Part shown: positions 12,331 through 25,777 of the stretch, in pieces
Numbering within the stretch: the stretch's first letter is position 1
Layout of the letters: each line of letters starts with the position of its first letter
Origin: Eledone cirrhosa
Taxonomy: Eukaryota
Length of the DNA stretch: 64,000 bases
Reading direction: 5' to 3'
NCBI GenBank assembly: GCA_964016885.1
Contig: OZ024740.1
Coordinates: 88,102,001 to 88,166,000 of the forward strand
Program-made: the position numbers and the translations under genes
The notes under the pieces: model-generated
What the model was told of the DNA's origin: nothing
Seen by the model: only the letters and a program-made list of their open reading frames with translations
Database searches by the model: none

Positions 12331-13959
12331 TAGCTGCGACATGATCACAGCTTGAAATACTGATAGAAAGATTATGTATGATAATTATACATAAACACAT
12401 TGTATATATGTCTTCCTATACATATATATTAACAACGAGGGTGTTTAACAAAAGGAAAAGGCAACAATGTTTTGAGAAACGCTTATAATAGATTAAATAG
12501 ACTCACGTATGTGACTGGTGTATATTTCATCGACTCCGTAAAAATGAAAAGCCAAGTTGATAAATATCTAAAGAATATTGTTTGTTTTGAACTCCACTAC
12601 TGAATTTGAAGTAATCAATCACATATATAAAGTATTATTTGTTAGACCTTGCTAACTCTGATGACTTTCACAACTAGTCCTTTAGGTAAAACTGCATTTC
12701 AAAAACTATGCTTTCTCTGTAAGATTGACACCTTAGAGAACTGAACAGTAGCAAACTATTTACAGGTGTAACCAACATTTAGCGTTGTGTTCACTTGTGC
12801 AGAACAAGCAACTGCTACATATAGCTTTGTGGTCTCACTAAACCCCCCAAATATCATTGATACTGTTTTCTGACAGGGTGTCCTCTATCGGTCTCTGTTA
12901 CCATAATTATTACAGTTCCTGCTTCTATTATTAAACCTATTGCGTATCCTCTTCTACCGTGTCCCACCTAGCAAATTCTGCACCAAGTACTTATTCACTT
13001 CTTCCTTAAAAAAGATGCAATACATTAAATCTCCATTTTCTGTTCACCTTTTCCTTACAATGTTAGTATATAGAGGTCCAAGAGAACAACTACGATATCA
13101 CGTTTTCCCCACCAAATTATCAGCATGGACAAACGGAAACTTAATATAAACGAAATCATGTTTTCCTTCCAAAAGTGAAAAGAGTGAAGCTGAACATCAG
13201 CTGCATCAATTTCGTCCTACTGAGAAGACTTTCAAAAATGATTAGCAATCTTCCTCTTTCACTGCATAAAAATATTTTTATGAAATTTTCTTACATAAGG
13301 ATAGTACTATAAAAATATGGTTGCGCAGTTAAATTGACCTATATAAAATATTAAATTGACATGGTCTGATTTATCTTAAATTACAATAATATGTTTTATA
13401 ACGGAAAAAGTAATAAATGAACAAAAACAAAGAAAAAGGTAACCAGAAACTTGCCAATAAAATAATTGCCAATGAAAATTTAACTAAGAGTTTCTCACTG
13501 CATATTTTTTTCTTTTCCGTTTAATCTATTTTGTGGCGTCGTTTACAAGTCCGTAGTAGAACTTTAAATGTATTTCTAGAAATCTGGTTATTTATTCTGT
13601 CAATTTCGTGACAAAATTATGGTGACTAGTGGCTAATATTAATGCAGAAAAATAGCTGCCAATCACGTTTCTTCCGCAAAAACATTTCAGTGTCTTCTAA
13701 AGAAAAGTAAATACATACACCAACCAATGATTCAATGACATGTTTTGGATGGAACTCTATCCTGTTTATTAGGAAAGATAGTGTCCCCCAGAATTGCTTC
13801 ATATTTATGTCAATATAAATCTTGTTTTCAATCTTGGCATCTGTGAAACTTTCATTTATTTCTGTACATTCAGTATATACATATTGTATACATCTATTAC
13901 ACACCTATTGATTTCTTTTGATTGGGGATGAAGCCAATTTCCACAAATGAGGATATATT

Positions 13960-14050
13960 CGATAAATCGACAAAAGTACTCGTATACTACTGGTATTTAT
14001 TTTATTGATTAATGGGTGAAAGGCAAAGCGAAACCCGAGGGGATATGAAG
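13960..14050 (+). mobile_element. Degenerate SINE fragment
   Basis: actggtatttattttattga...gtgaaaggcaaagcgaaacccgagggga is similar to 1860-1930. Confidence 0.5.
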
Positions 14051-14282
14051 TATGAATGAAGCAAAATTCAGTGAAGTATTTAATCCACTATTGACCTGCC
14101 TAAACAACTCTCCACCATTTTAAAGACATAAATATTATTATTGTATATTTTCCGGAAAAGGTATTGCTGAATAACTCACTATTCATTTTTCACCGTGTTA
14201 GATTTTTGTATTTATTCTTCTTGCTAACACATCACTACATACATACACGCTGACACAGTTATACACAAAAACATAAATACAA

Positions 14283-14387
<105 letters not shown>

Positions 14388-14988
14388 GTGGTTTGGTTTT
14401 TCTTTTCGATTTTCCTCTCCAGCTAACGTTGGAAAACAATTTTACAGTGAGAACGATCGCCAGCAGCACCATGAAAACCATAACACTCTTGAATGCTTAC
14501 CAACCTTTTAAACAACTACTCCATTGTTGTTGAAAGATCAATTTTTTTTTATTCCTTTACATACTTGTTATTATTGACTTCGTTGTAGTTATTGTTGTTG
14601 CTGTTGATTTTGCTCAAGTGTGCCAATTCAATTTCTCTCCCCATTTACCATGAGGTCGGTCGATTGCACTCTATAAGAAGTCTGCCACATATTCTCGATT
14701 TCAGAACAATGACAGATCTATGTAATGAAATGCCTTTTTCTTCCTGGTGAAGGGGAATTCATTGGATTTAACCGCTGACTCTTCAAGGTATTTCCCTCTT
14801 TGTTGTTTTGCATTTCTTAGTTAGAACGTTACACACACCCTGAAAGAGCACTCCATATTTTCTGCATATATATGTCAAAGTGATATTTACTATTAATAGT
14901 GATTATCCAATTATAAAGTATCGCAGGTAATATTGGCACCACTCTTCAGTCACGCACGCACATATAAATTTATACTATACAGTAAGGA

Positions 14989-15036
14989 TTCTTCTTCTTC
15001 TTCTTCTTCTTCTTCTTCTTCTTCTTCTTCTTCTTC
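14989..15036. repeat. (TTC)n microsatellite
   Basis: Seen directly. Confidence 0.95.
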
Positions 15037-17338
15037 TCTCATTATTCCTTATAAAATGTCGAGCTGAACAGTCTCTACTCCATTTCAACGTCAGGGAGTT
15101 TTCTGAATTCCTAAATTGGAACCTAGCACAAATAAAGCAATAAAAACTGCAATATGATAAGATTCAATAAAAGCAATTATACCGCAGATATATTTCGATC
15201 TTGTTATATCTTTTGAACGAAGTATATTTATTAACAGCTGACGTAACTTAGAATGAGCGAAAATACATAGGAAATGGGAGACGGAATTTATGTCAATTAT
15301 GCGAGTGGAAAAAACCTCACGAGAACATTTTTCATAAATTCTGTTTTAGATGTAATGCACCACATACTTTAACACCATCACCTGCCCCTTGTGTGTTTTA
15401 GTAGAGTACACAGCTATCTTCTTTGAGAATACATTTCTCTCTCTAACTTATAGCTTTAGAGTTCTTAAAAAGGGTAATCGGCTCTGCTCTTCGGTCTCTG
15501 ACTGATCACTTTAAACAAATGAAATATATTTATACAGCACAGTCTCACATACGTAATAGAGTGAATGGAAAATTTCATTCGGGGGAGAATATTACCGTCA
15601 TTTGAAATCTTTTATGATTGTCACCGCAATTTGAAACCTGCTAAAGTAGAAAGCAGAAATTAGATATACAATGCCTCCACCCCACCAAGCACCATACTCT
15701 TCATTCCGATACACTGGTTTCTCATATAAAGAGCTGTATTAAAGTTACATTCTCCTGCGAGAATTATTTGGTTGTGTGTATCGTTGTTGCCACTAATTTT
15801 TGTGCATGTCCTTTTTATTTTAGCTCTGAGGTAACGATAATGTTTTCAGAATGGCATTTTAGTTATTGTAATATAAATTCAGGTCAGCTTTGATTAAGTA
15901 GACTAATTTACTGGACGCAGATATAGAGTCAAACGTGTAGGCCTAGATGTGGTGATATAATGGTGTTCTGGAATGTATTATATTAAAGAGTATTTCATCC
16001 AACATATTCAACCGATTTTAGTTTTAAATCGTAAGAATATTTGGTTGTTATTTGCTGAAGAGCATTCAGATATTTTGGGTATCCTATAGTAAACTGGGAG
16101 AATAAATCTATTGATACATTTCCTAGCAATTTGAGTCGATAACCACATTTCAACATTTTGTAGAAATAATTTTCGTCATTACGTGGTTAACTTATTTTAC
16201 AAAATCATGAATGTTATACAGTTCTATTTCCAATCCACATTAAATTTTAGGTATCACAAACAAATATTATTGTATATACGTAACCGATATTGGACTTTTA
16301 CTAAACGCTGCGGGGATAAAGTTAATATAAAGATTGGTGTCCTCACGAACAGAGATGCAATAAAATAGGATGTAGATTCATAAAGTTGGAAAAAGAAGTT
16401 ATCTCAAAGATACCTCGTAGCAGTCGTCGGGAATTTCTTTCCCGTTTTTAGGGATCTTCATCTTATTTTATTAGCTATTGTTTAGACACTACGCGCGTGA
16501 GTACACCACTGTTTATATTAACAATATTATTACTATTATCGGTGGGTAGAGGAGGAATGACAGAACTGGTAACTCATAGTACATATTCCTTACATATCTC
16601 TTGAGTTCAAATTTGTATTTAAATATCATCTCAATAATTAAGTCATAATACAACTACAAAATATTCTTAGTTGTTTCTCATATTTGCCGAAAATGAAAAT
16701 AAGATAAATCATACAGTAAGAAATAATATCTCCCTCCATAATATTACCTATTTTTGGTCTCGCAGATAACCTTCCTGAATTATGTATCTTCTAAACCAGT
16801 GGCAAAATTTCGCATTCATTCAATATAAAAATTAATATAAAAATTTATATAAAAATTACCTAAATTCTCATATGAGAGAAAAAAGAAAAACGTGAACGAC
16901 GACAAAACACAAAACAACAACAAAAGAAAAAAAATATCATGGTATCTGTGTTCGAAATTTAATTAAAAAAATCGCTTTGGCTGTGTTTAAAAGTTTAAAC
17001 CGATCCCCGGGCAAAAGCGAAAGGTTTTGCAGAATAAAAACTTCTGGCTAAAATGAAGCATCAATTTTTTTCTAATGTTGTATATTTATTCTAGAAACTC
17101 ATATTTCGGATTTCTGAAGTTTGCAACTGTTAAACGATTTCCCACCATTTTTCACCAGTCTGAACTCAAAGCACTCTATTCATTTTAGTGGTATACATTT
17201 TCATTTAATATTGTAATAACATCATTTCCCTCTTTTCCCTTCCCTTCTCTATGTCCCTCACTCTCTTTCTTTCTATCGCCCTTTCACAGTACATTGAAAA
17301 AATATATTAGTTTAACGCTTGAAATAACGGGAAAAGAG

Positions 17339-17374
17339 TCTTAATATTTCGGACACTAGTCCTTTATCGGAAGA
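17339..17374 (-). ncRNA. Degenerate minimal type I hammerhead ribozyme (PLE-type)
   Basis: Minus strand reads UCUU-CCGAUAA-A-GGAC-uagu-GUCC-GAAA-UA-UU-AAGA. Helices I and II are intact; the core is mutated relative to CUGAUGA. Confidence 0.55.
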
Positions 17375-17687
17375 TAGAGTTAGAAATAGAAGATAAAACA
17401 GAAGGATAAAGAGTGAGAAGAGGAAGGAACGGGGAAAATGAGAAAAAATGTGGAGAAAGGCGAGATGGAGATTGTGAGAAGGGGGATTAGAAGAGAATAG
17501 TGGAGAAAAAGTGATAATGAGCCGTGGAGTATTCGTTTAATGTAAAAAAAAACAAAGAAAAAAATCAAGTGACCCGAAAAGATATCCAGGTGGAAGTTGG
17601 AAGTTCAGGTAGAGTTCATATATATAATTCTTCCTACCGATCTTCGCAAGCGAAGAATCCGCCATTCATATATATATATATATATAT

Positions 17688-18091
17688 ATACATTATGAAG
17701 AGAGAAGAAACATTTAGATATAATTAGTAATAAAATGTATCATACCTAAACTGTTCCTAAATTCCTCGACTACGTAGTTTCGTGGCATAAACAAAAACAA
17801 TATATCAAAGATATAGAGTCCTTGCTCTGTTTCTCGACCGTTATATCGCGTGACTGTCTCCCCCTCCGCCTTTTGGGATTCTTTCTCGCGTCGTGTAGAC
17901 GCGTTCTTGAGACTAGTAAAATGAGGTATCCTCTTGATAAGTCGGCAGACCTCGCAAGGACTCTATATCTTTGATATATTGTTTTTGTTTATGCCACGAA
18001 ACTACGTAGTCGAGGAATTTAGGAACAGTTTAGGTATGATACATTTTATTACTAATTATATCTAAATGTTTCTTCTCTCTTCATAATGTAT
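17688..18091. repeat. 138-bp inverted repeat (17688-17825 / 17954-18091) with 128-bp spacer
   Basis: The arms match without a mismatch that I could see; the left arm starts within a (TA)n tract. Confidence 0.95.
17929..18016 (+). ncRNA. Type I hammerhead ribozyme, U3-A8 core variant, long helix II
   Basis: UCCUC-UUGAUAA-[GU(C)GGCA...GCAAGGAC..UAUAUC uuu GAUAUA..GUUUUUGU...UGCCAC]-GAAA-C-UACGUA-G-UC-GAGGA. Predicted cleavage after 18011. Confidence 0.8.
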
Positions 18092-18247
18092 TTTTAACTC
18101 TGATACTGGTTCAGTCTGGTTCAAACTGAATTAGTCTGTCCCAGTCATTCATTGAGCAACATCGGTGAAGTTGGCACCCTTAACTCACAGTTGGGTGCGG
18201 ATGCATTCATGTATATATGTGTGTGTCCGCATGTATCTGTGTGTTTC

Positions 18248-18372
<125 letters not shown>

Positions 18373-18556
18373 ATACTTGGGGAGAGTCATATTGTTGTAA
18401 TAATATTGCCAGAAATAATAACAGAACACACTCACTGTTTGGTTGGTTTTCGCTTCTGTATCCTTTATATCTCCACAGTTAATTCATTTGGTCATCAATG
18501 TTTATCATTCACTGACCAACGGTCAAAAATACAGACATAAATACATATATATAGTC

Positions 18557-18600
18557 TAACAAAGTTCTTTCGTTGCACATCTGCAACATCATCAGTGGTA
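18557..18600 (-). ncRNA. Minimal type I hammerhead ribozyme in the PLE 3' region
   Basis: Minus strand reads UACCA-CUGAUGA-U-GUUGCA-gaug-UGCAAC-GAAA-GAAC-UU-UGUUA. Perfect 6-bp helix II; one mismatch in helix I. Confidence 0.8.
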
Positions 18601-18864
18601 CTATTATGTTCCTCTTGTTGTATTGTATGTCTACGCCATTTTTATTTTATCTGTTTATATATTTATTTATTTTTGTCTTCTTCTTTGCGCATGCGTTTGC
18701 CTGTGTGTATAATATTTGGTGTGTGTGTGTGTTCACGTTTGGGTGACTGTGCTTTGGTTATTGTATTCTATCTTAGTTTACTAGTGTGTGTTTATATGTG
18801 TTTGTTGTTATTGTGCTTGTGTATATATATATTCATTTATTTATTTATTTATTTATATTTCTCT

Positions 18865-19420
18865 TAAGTCAGTATTGTTTGTTTGGGTGTTGTTATTCCA
18901 TTCATTTTTTCTGTTTAGCTTTGGCTTTCTAAGCTCTATTTCGCTTGCCTCTCTGATTTGCCTACCTGCTGGGTCATTTCTATGTTTAGATATTATTTTA
19001 ATTTCTATGTTGTCTATGTTGTTGTCTGGCGTGTTCGTATAGTACTGAACCGTTTTTTCGTCCTTTTAATTCTCCCCAGTGTTGGTCTATCCTTTCTCCT
19101 ATGCTTCGAGCTGTCTCGCCTATGTATGTTGTCATGTTTCTGTAAGTACCCTCTGTACATCTTATGCGATAGACTATATTTCTAGTTTTACAGTTTATAT
19201 GGGGGTTTACTTTACATATAACACATTTCCTATTAGTACAGTGGGTTTTCTTAAAAGGGTATGTTCTGCTGATCAGGGATCTCATGGTAGTTCCTGGCTT
19301 TTCTACCACTTTAATCTTTAAGTGGGTCTTTCTCAGGGCCTTTCTACATTGTTTAGCTAATTTCCCTCCAAGGGTAGCGTCTACGAACCTGACACTCTGG
19401 TATCTCTGGTTGTCGTAACA
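18865..19420 (-). pseudogene. PLE GIY-YIG endonuclease C-terminal region, one frameshift
   Basis: FVDATLGGKLAKQCRKALRKTHLKIKVVEKPG...C..C...CKTRNIVYRIRC...YIGETARSIGERIDQH...SVLYEHARQQH, then after a frameshift DPAGRQIREASEIELRKPKLNRKNEW. Confidence 0.88.
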
Positions 19421-20115
19421 CGAGGTGGCTTTCCCTATCTTATGTTTAGTCCTATGGTACGACGACCAGAGACAATATTGTCATGTTCGTGGACGCTACC
19501 CCTGGAGGGAAATTAGCTAACCAATGTCATATCAAAAACCTCACAAAAAACAAAAAACAAAAAAAAAAATATATATATATATATGTTAATTGCATAAGTT
19601 TATTTTAAAAACTACCCGGTTGAGTGCTTATTCGATTTGTGCTATTTATGCAATTTTTTGCATGGTATACACATACTGAATTCATTTGCCAAAATCTGGG
19701 GTTTTTCCCCTTGTGAATTCCACTTGTGCTTTTACGCGGCTCTGTGTCATTCACATATTTGGTACAGAGCAAAATACCTGTTGATAACGTGATATTCCTT
19801 GTTCGATCATTATACCTAAAGCTTATAAAGCAGACAGAATTTTGATTTACGTGTCATAGAAATCCTGCATTTGGATTTTAACATCAATTTCAATGTGTTT
19901 TTTTTTATCATTTATTTTGTTTTGACCTGTTTAGCTTGATTTGCTTTTTGGCTTAGGTGGTTGATGGTTTCTTGACCACTTTTTCAGTTTTGTATGGCGT
20001 TTTAAAATATTGTTTAGCTCTGATTTTTTAACTATGGAACGCTTGCCAGTATACATCTGATTTTTGCGTTTCGTTTTGCTTTTTCTACCCGCCGAAATGC
20101 GATTCTCGCTGAATT

Positions 20116-20117
20116 TA

Positions 20118-20149
<32 letters not shown>

Positions 20150-20351
20150 CATATATACATATACATATATATATACATACATACATACATACATACATAC
20201 ATACATACATACACACATAGATTCAAGGGATGACAATTTCTTTTCTTTTACAACCTTGCCACCAGGAAGGTGGCCGGTCAAAAAAATATACTCGAAATTA
20301 AGAGAAAGAGAAAACATATATATATATATATACATACATACATATATATAT

Positions 20352-20384
<33 letters not shown>

Positions 20385-20400
20385 CATACGTATATATATA

Positions 20401-20460
<60 letters not shown>
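20116..20460. repeat. Compound (TA)n/(TACA)n microsatellites
   Basis: Seen directly; interrupted by ~100 bp of unique sequence at 20218-20315. Confidence 0.9.
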
Positions 20461-20467
<7 letters not shown>

Positions 20468-20523
20468 GACGTACAATAAGAAAATTTTAAAAATTAAAAA
20501 TCAACTTACTTACTAACATTTTC

Positions 20524-20605
20524 ACTCCAACTAATTAGTTTCTGTATGGGGATAAATATAGTTACATAATATAACCATAGAGAATTCCATACGTCATCAG
20601 GAAGT
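20524..20605 (-). ncRNA. Type I hammerhead ribozyme, inverted copy
   Basis: ACUUC-CUGAUGA-C-GUAUGG...CCAUAC-A-GAAA-C-UAAUUA-G-UU-GGAGU on the - strand. Confidence 0.7.
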
Positions 20606-21056
20606 CTATTCTCAGCTTTTTAATTTTTAATTTTTAAAATTTTCTTATTTTACGTCTTTCATATAATTGTTCTGCATCCCCCTGCATAGAACCACAAAGG
20701 TACTAAGACATAACATATATATTTGCTAGCATAGGTGAACATCTGTACACACATGTTGGTAAATGTACTAATTCTCTATATTTATCTCCAAATTATTTGT
20801 TGAGCAAAACTTGCCAAAATTTACTGCTGATTCATGGTAGTAGTAGGCTCTTGTCATAATACCACCCCGCTCCTAACTGATTAACCTCAGTGTCACGTGA
20901 TTGATTCTTTAGAATCTGCCACTGACCAGAGGCAGTGAATCTTTTCAGTGCTCTGGAATTTAGTCCTCGCTAGCTCTGTTCCATCCACTGAATTATTATT
21001 ATTTTTATATGGGTTCCTAGTGTCCGCGCATTGCCTGGGAACTTAGCTGAGAATAG

Positions 21057-21138
21057 ACTCCCTGATGACGTATGGAATTCTCTATGGTTATATTATGTAA
21101 CTATATTTATCCCCATACAGAAACTAATTAGTTGGAGT
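21057..21138 (+). ncRNA. Type I hammerhead ribozyme with extended helix II and palindromic helix III
   Basis: ACUCC-CUGAUGA-C-GUAUGG..UAUGGUUAU/GUAACUAUA..CCAUAC-A-GAAA-C-UAAUUA-G-UU-GGAGU. Predicted cleavage after 21133 (GUU); C.A mismatch at the base of helix II. Confidence 0.75.
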
Positions 21139-21306
21139 GAAAATTTTAGTAAGTAAGTTGATTTTTAATTTTTAAAATTTTCTTACTTTACGTCTTTCAT
21201 ATAATTGTTCTGCATCCCCTGCATAGAACCACAAAGGTACTAAGGCATAACATATATATTTGCTAGCATAGGTGAACATCTGTACACATATCTTGGTAAA
21301 TGTACT

Positions 21307-21437
<131 letters not shown>

Positions 21438-21854
21438 GCTCACAAAACAAGATAGTATAGGACGGAACAAAGGGAGGACACAAAATAACAACAAATTTAG
21501 TCACTGTGTAGGTTACAGAATGTGTTAACGAAAGAGATGTGACAATCAACAAATAAACGACCATCCAGTTATTAAACCAACCGATCAGGAATTTGTAATA
21601 ATTTGAAGTGAAAACCAAACTGATCTCGGTTCGACAATCGCCACCGACGAATGCGAGAAGGTTCTCCAGGAAAGGTAACCAGGAATCTTAAAAAAATCTC
21701 CCCAGCGAAGTTAATAAAGAACTTACTAGATCTACAAAATCAAATTGTAAAACCATAATATTATAGAATTAAATTGTTTAGAACTACAAGTGAAGTCATT
21801 CTTTTCCGTTTTTCAAATATAGCCAACTGTACCAAGGATTTCATACATTTTCCA

Positions 21855-22620
21855 GCAGTGTTCAATTTGTCAAGCTATCTAACGTATGTTATTACTCTAA
21901 GGTGACACAACCTTATTGAGTGCTTTGCTGCACATTCCTAATTGTATATCTTTAGCTTGGCCCCAGCCAAAACTTCGATTTTACTAAACTTCCATGTGTA
22001 TTATTATCTCCTATACCTAATAATTAATCAATTAATTTAATTAGACAATTCTTTTGATTGTATAATTATTTATTTTTGTTTAATAACGTCTAGTCGAGAC
22101 CTTCTTATTCGGTTTGTGGAATGGAATCAATTCCTTTGTTCATACTTTGAATTTGCCCGCCAAATACCGGGGGTTACTTCCCTTATTGGTGAAGAAGCAC
22201 GTGATAGTGACTCATACCATCGGCAGTGGCTTACTGCTACACTTCACACCGGTTCGAGGCACAAAACGGAAACATGTTGATAATATGAGTCCACAGTTCA
22301 GTCATCGAATACCACAAACTTGCATACTGCGCAAGTAGGATTGTTGATTTTGAATTCATAGAAGCCTATCGGAGGAATTGTTTAATATCGTTCGAGATGG
22401 TCCATGTTTGTTTATCTGACCTGATTTGTTTTTTTCGTTGCTTTGGTCTCATGTGGCTAGGCTTGCCTGTCGCAGTTTTCAATTTGTCAAGCTATCTAAC
22501 GTATGTTATTACTCTAAAGTGACACAACCTTATCGAGTACTTTGCTGCACATTCCTAATTGTATATTGTCAGCTTCGCCACAGCCAAAACTTCGATTTTA
22601 CTAAACTTCTATGTGTATAT
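21855..22620 (+). repeat. ~147-bp direct repeats (21855-22001 / 22472-22618, period ~617 bp) enclosing a degenerate hammerhead-like motif
   Basis: The copies are clearly alignable with scattered substitutions, and the second ends in (TA)n. Internal motif UUAUUG-GUGAAGA...GAAAC-AU-GUU-GAUAA at 22183-22283. Confidence 0.75.
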
Positions 22621-22708
22621 ATATATAAGTTTGAGTATGTTTTGGTATGCAGGCTGGAGCACTCAATGAAGTGCGCAGGCTGGTCTGTTTACTCCGGAGT
22701 AATGTTTA

Positions 22709-22774
22709 TACACACACACACGCGCACACACACACACACGCGCGCGCACGCACACACACACACACGCGCGCGCA

Positions 22775-22844
<70 letters not shown>

Positions 22845-22860
22845 ATATATATATATATAT
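22709..22860. repeat. (CA)n/(CG)n/(TA)n microsatellite
   Basis: Seen directly. Confidence 0.95.
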
Positions 22861-24759
22861 AATCTCAGAAATCGTGAAAAATGTCATGGATGCCTTCTTT
22901 GTTTACGGCTGAGAGGTAAAATACATAGATGTGGACTATATGTAGCATTAAAAAACGTATTTCGGTATTTGTTGAATGAACACTGCAATAACTAATCTAG
23001 AAAATAATGATTCATTGCTTTACTTCAAGACATAAATAAGTTTTACTCATGTGAGAATTTATTACCAATGTTGGTAGTTCCTCACAGCACTTGTAAATTA
23101 TATAACTGTTTATAGTTCTCTCAATGCTTTCAAATGATACGGGAATATGGGAAAGTGAATTCTCTGTGTCTTGACAATGGACATTGTGTGGCATGGATCC
23201 AATCAATTTTGAATTTCCAAGTTTGAATAGCCATGAAATATCTACTAGCGCATATATTTACAGAAAGAGAGCGAACAAAATAGACCACAAATGTATAAAC
23301 ATCATAGCTTAAATAAGAAGCCAAATGCTTTCACAAATGTACTCAGAAACTTATCTCTGTAAAATTTAAATACACAAATATCGTAATATTTTAAACTAAA
23401 GACAGAATGAAGTGTTTGTGATGGGAGGCAAAGATGTAATCAGAGTTAGGATTAAGAACAATATTACCATTTACTGTTAGTTTTAGACTAGTACGAGACT
23501 TTTAGTATTAGATAAAGATTGAATCAAACTACATTTTAGATAATAATCATAAATGAAGTTTGAAATTCGTTTTATAGCCATATACATTGTCTAGCTTACG
23601 TTTCAACTGAAACTTTAATTTTAAGATCTGTTTTAAAGTTCTCTCTGTTCGTTTGCAAATATTTCTAGGAATTCTCTTTACACGGTAAAATTCTAGTTTC
23701 TGACTTTCAATAGTATGTATTCAAAATTCACATATATTACAAACGTATATTGAATATATACATATCAACTAGAAGATTTCCAAGCAGATAACCCAAACAA
23801 CCATATTTAATACAATTCAATACTTCTTTTCTATCGTATAGATTTTTTTCTTAACGTCCTAAATTACTGTAAGTAAAATCAATAGTCCAAAACTAAATAG
23901 GCTATTGATTTTAAATCTTTGTGAAAACCCACACCGCTTATTCCTTTAGAAATCATTATCATAATGGCTATGGTAACTCTTGCAGCTCTGATAATGATCA
24001 AACGTAAGATCTGAGCCATTCAAAAATCTGAGTCAATTTTGCATCAATAAAAAGATGTTCACTGTAATTTTATATGATTTAAGGAAAATATAAAAACTTA
24101 TCAAATCAACGAGAGAAGTCGTAGAAGAGAAATTAAATAAATAAATTATATGTATGTATGAATGTATGTATGTCTATAAATATAAATATGCGTGTAATGT
24201 ACACACACACACACACTCATACACACACATATATATAAATATATATATATATTTATATATATAGGTGTTAGTGTGTGTGTGAGTGCAAGCGTGCGTGTAA
24301 GTATGTATGAAATAAAGAGAGACAGAGAAAATTATGTTACAAATTTTTTTAACATAAAAATGTTTACAATTTGTTTTGATCATTTTTACATACTTTAAAG
24401 CAGTGTGAAATGTACAGTGAACATCTTTTATTAATGCAAAATTGCTCCAGAGAAAGAAAATCGTCATTTCATGACTAGGAAAAAAATAAACCAATCAAAA
24501 GCTACTAGGCAAAATATTCTTTACAACGAAATCAACCTCAATGCTAAAACATAAATCATGGGTATAAAATATCTGAACATACTTAAAGCACGGCTTTTAA
24601 AAGTGCATGTTGGTTGAGACAATTTATACCTCTCACTTGCAATGTCTGCTTAATATTGTGGCGTAGAAAAAAGTGAAGGAAAACACTGTCAATTTACTTT
24701 AGGAGTTCTAACAGGCGCCATTCTATAGTGGAATATCTATTAACCCACTATCTTCCAGT

Positions 24760-25520
24760 TTATGCGTGTTCTTGTATTGTTTTGCTAAATTCTTATTTCC
24801 CTACAACCTTTGACGATGTCTTATCCTGCTCCAAGTTTTATATCCTCTTCATCAACAGAATACAAAGTACTGAAATTTCTGTTGGGAGACTTTACCTTGT
24901 TCGTTTGTGGAGAAGAGCGTCGATTTCTACTTGTTCTATCTGGGTGGAACCTGGATATGATAAAACAAAACTTGAGGCCTTTCCGTTTATCTTTTCTCTT
25001 TCTCTAGATATCCCCGAGCTGCGACCGATAGTTAGTAAGAGCAGTCAGTCTTTTCATCCCAGGGACTTGCTGTTGACGCCGCCTCTGCTGCCTATCACCT
25101 TCCTATTTATCACTTTTCCCCTTCTTCTTTACCATCACATGTGTAGGAACTGAGCATTTCGCTCTGCATCACTAGTTTGATTGATTTCCTACCCGCTCTC
25201 ACAACAATGTGTGGCTCCGTAGGTCATCACTACTGGATGTCCATGAGGACTTTATCCGATCTCACCTGGTTGCAGGCTACTTCTCTGCCCGTAACGTGTA
25301 GGAACAAGTTAAAAATTAACGCCCGTACCAAATTCTCTGGCCATTGTCATCGTCTTTCTTCTCATGTATTGCAGCACCATCCTATGAGAGGTGCAGAAAC
25401 TCTGCTTCTCTGCTCTCCTAACCCTTCGTCTGAACATTTTGGCTTGCGCTTGCATGTCCTGCTTCTGTCGCCTTACAGCACATTAGTCGAGGCTATTCCA
25501 GTTTTTTTATGGAAGTTATA
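24760..25520 (+). mobile_element. Highly decayed, internally deleted RTE-type LINE
   Basis: APE-like SYFPT...KFY...LLGDF at ~24790-24895, and RT C-terminal-like RTKFSGHCHR...LLL.SP at ~25325-25425. Confidence 0.5.
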
Positions 25521-25777
25521 TGGAAAACAACAAAAGTATGATAGCTTGCTCCTTGCTCTCGTCTGTATAAATAATTCAGGGAAGTAGGCACTCTTTTTCT
25601 TGACATACATTGTTCTATTCTCTATCCTTGATCTGGCTCATATCAAGAGACTCCCCTTTCCCCATATCGTTAGCAGAAAATGATATGTTGTTGTTAGTGG
25701 TAATGTCTTTAAATATTTTTTTCTATTTACATTTCTTTCAAATTAGCGTTCACATACAATTTTTATTCACAGTAAAT

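Noticed and set aside
12658-12710. CTGATGA heptamer
   Set aside because: No helix II or GAAA follows; likewise the hits inside the RT/RLE coding region.
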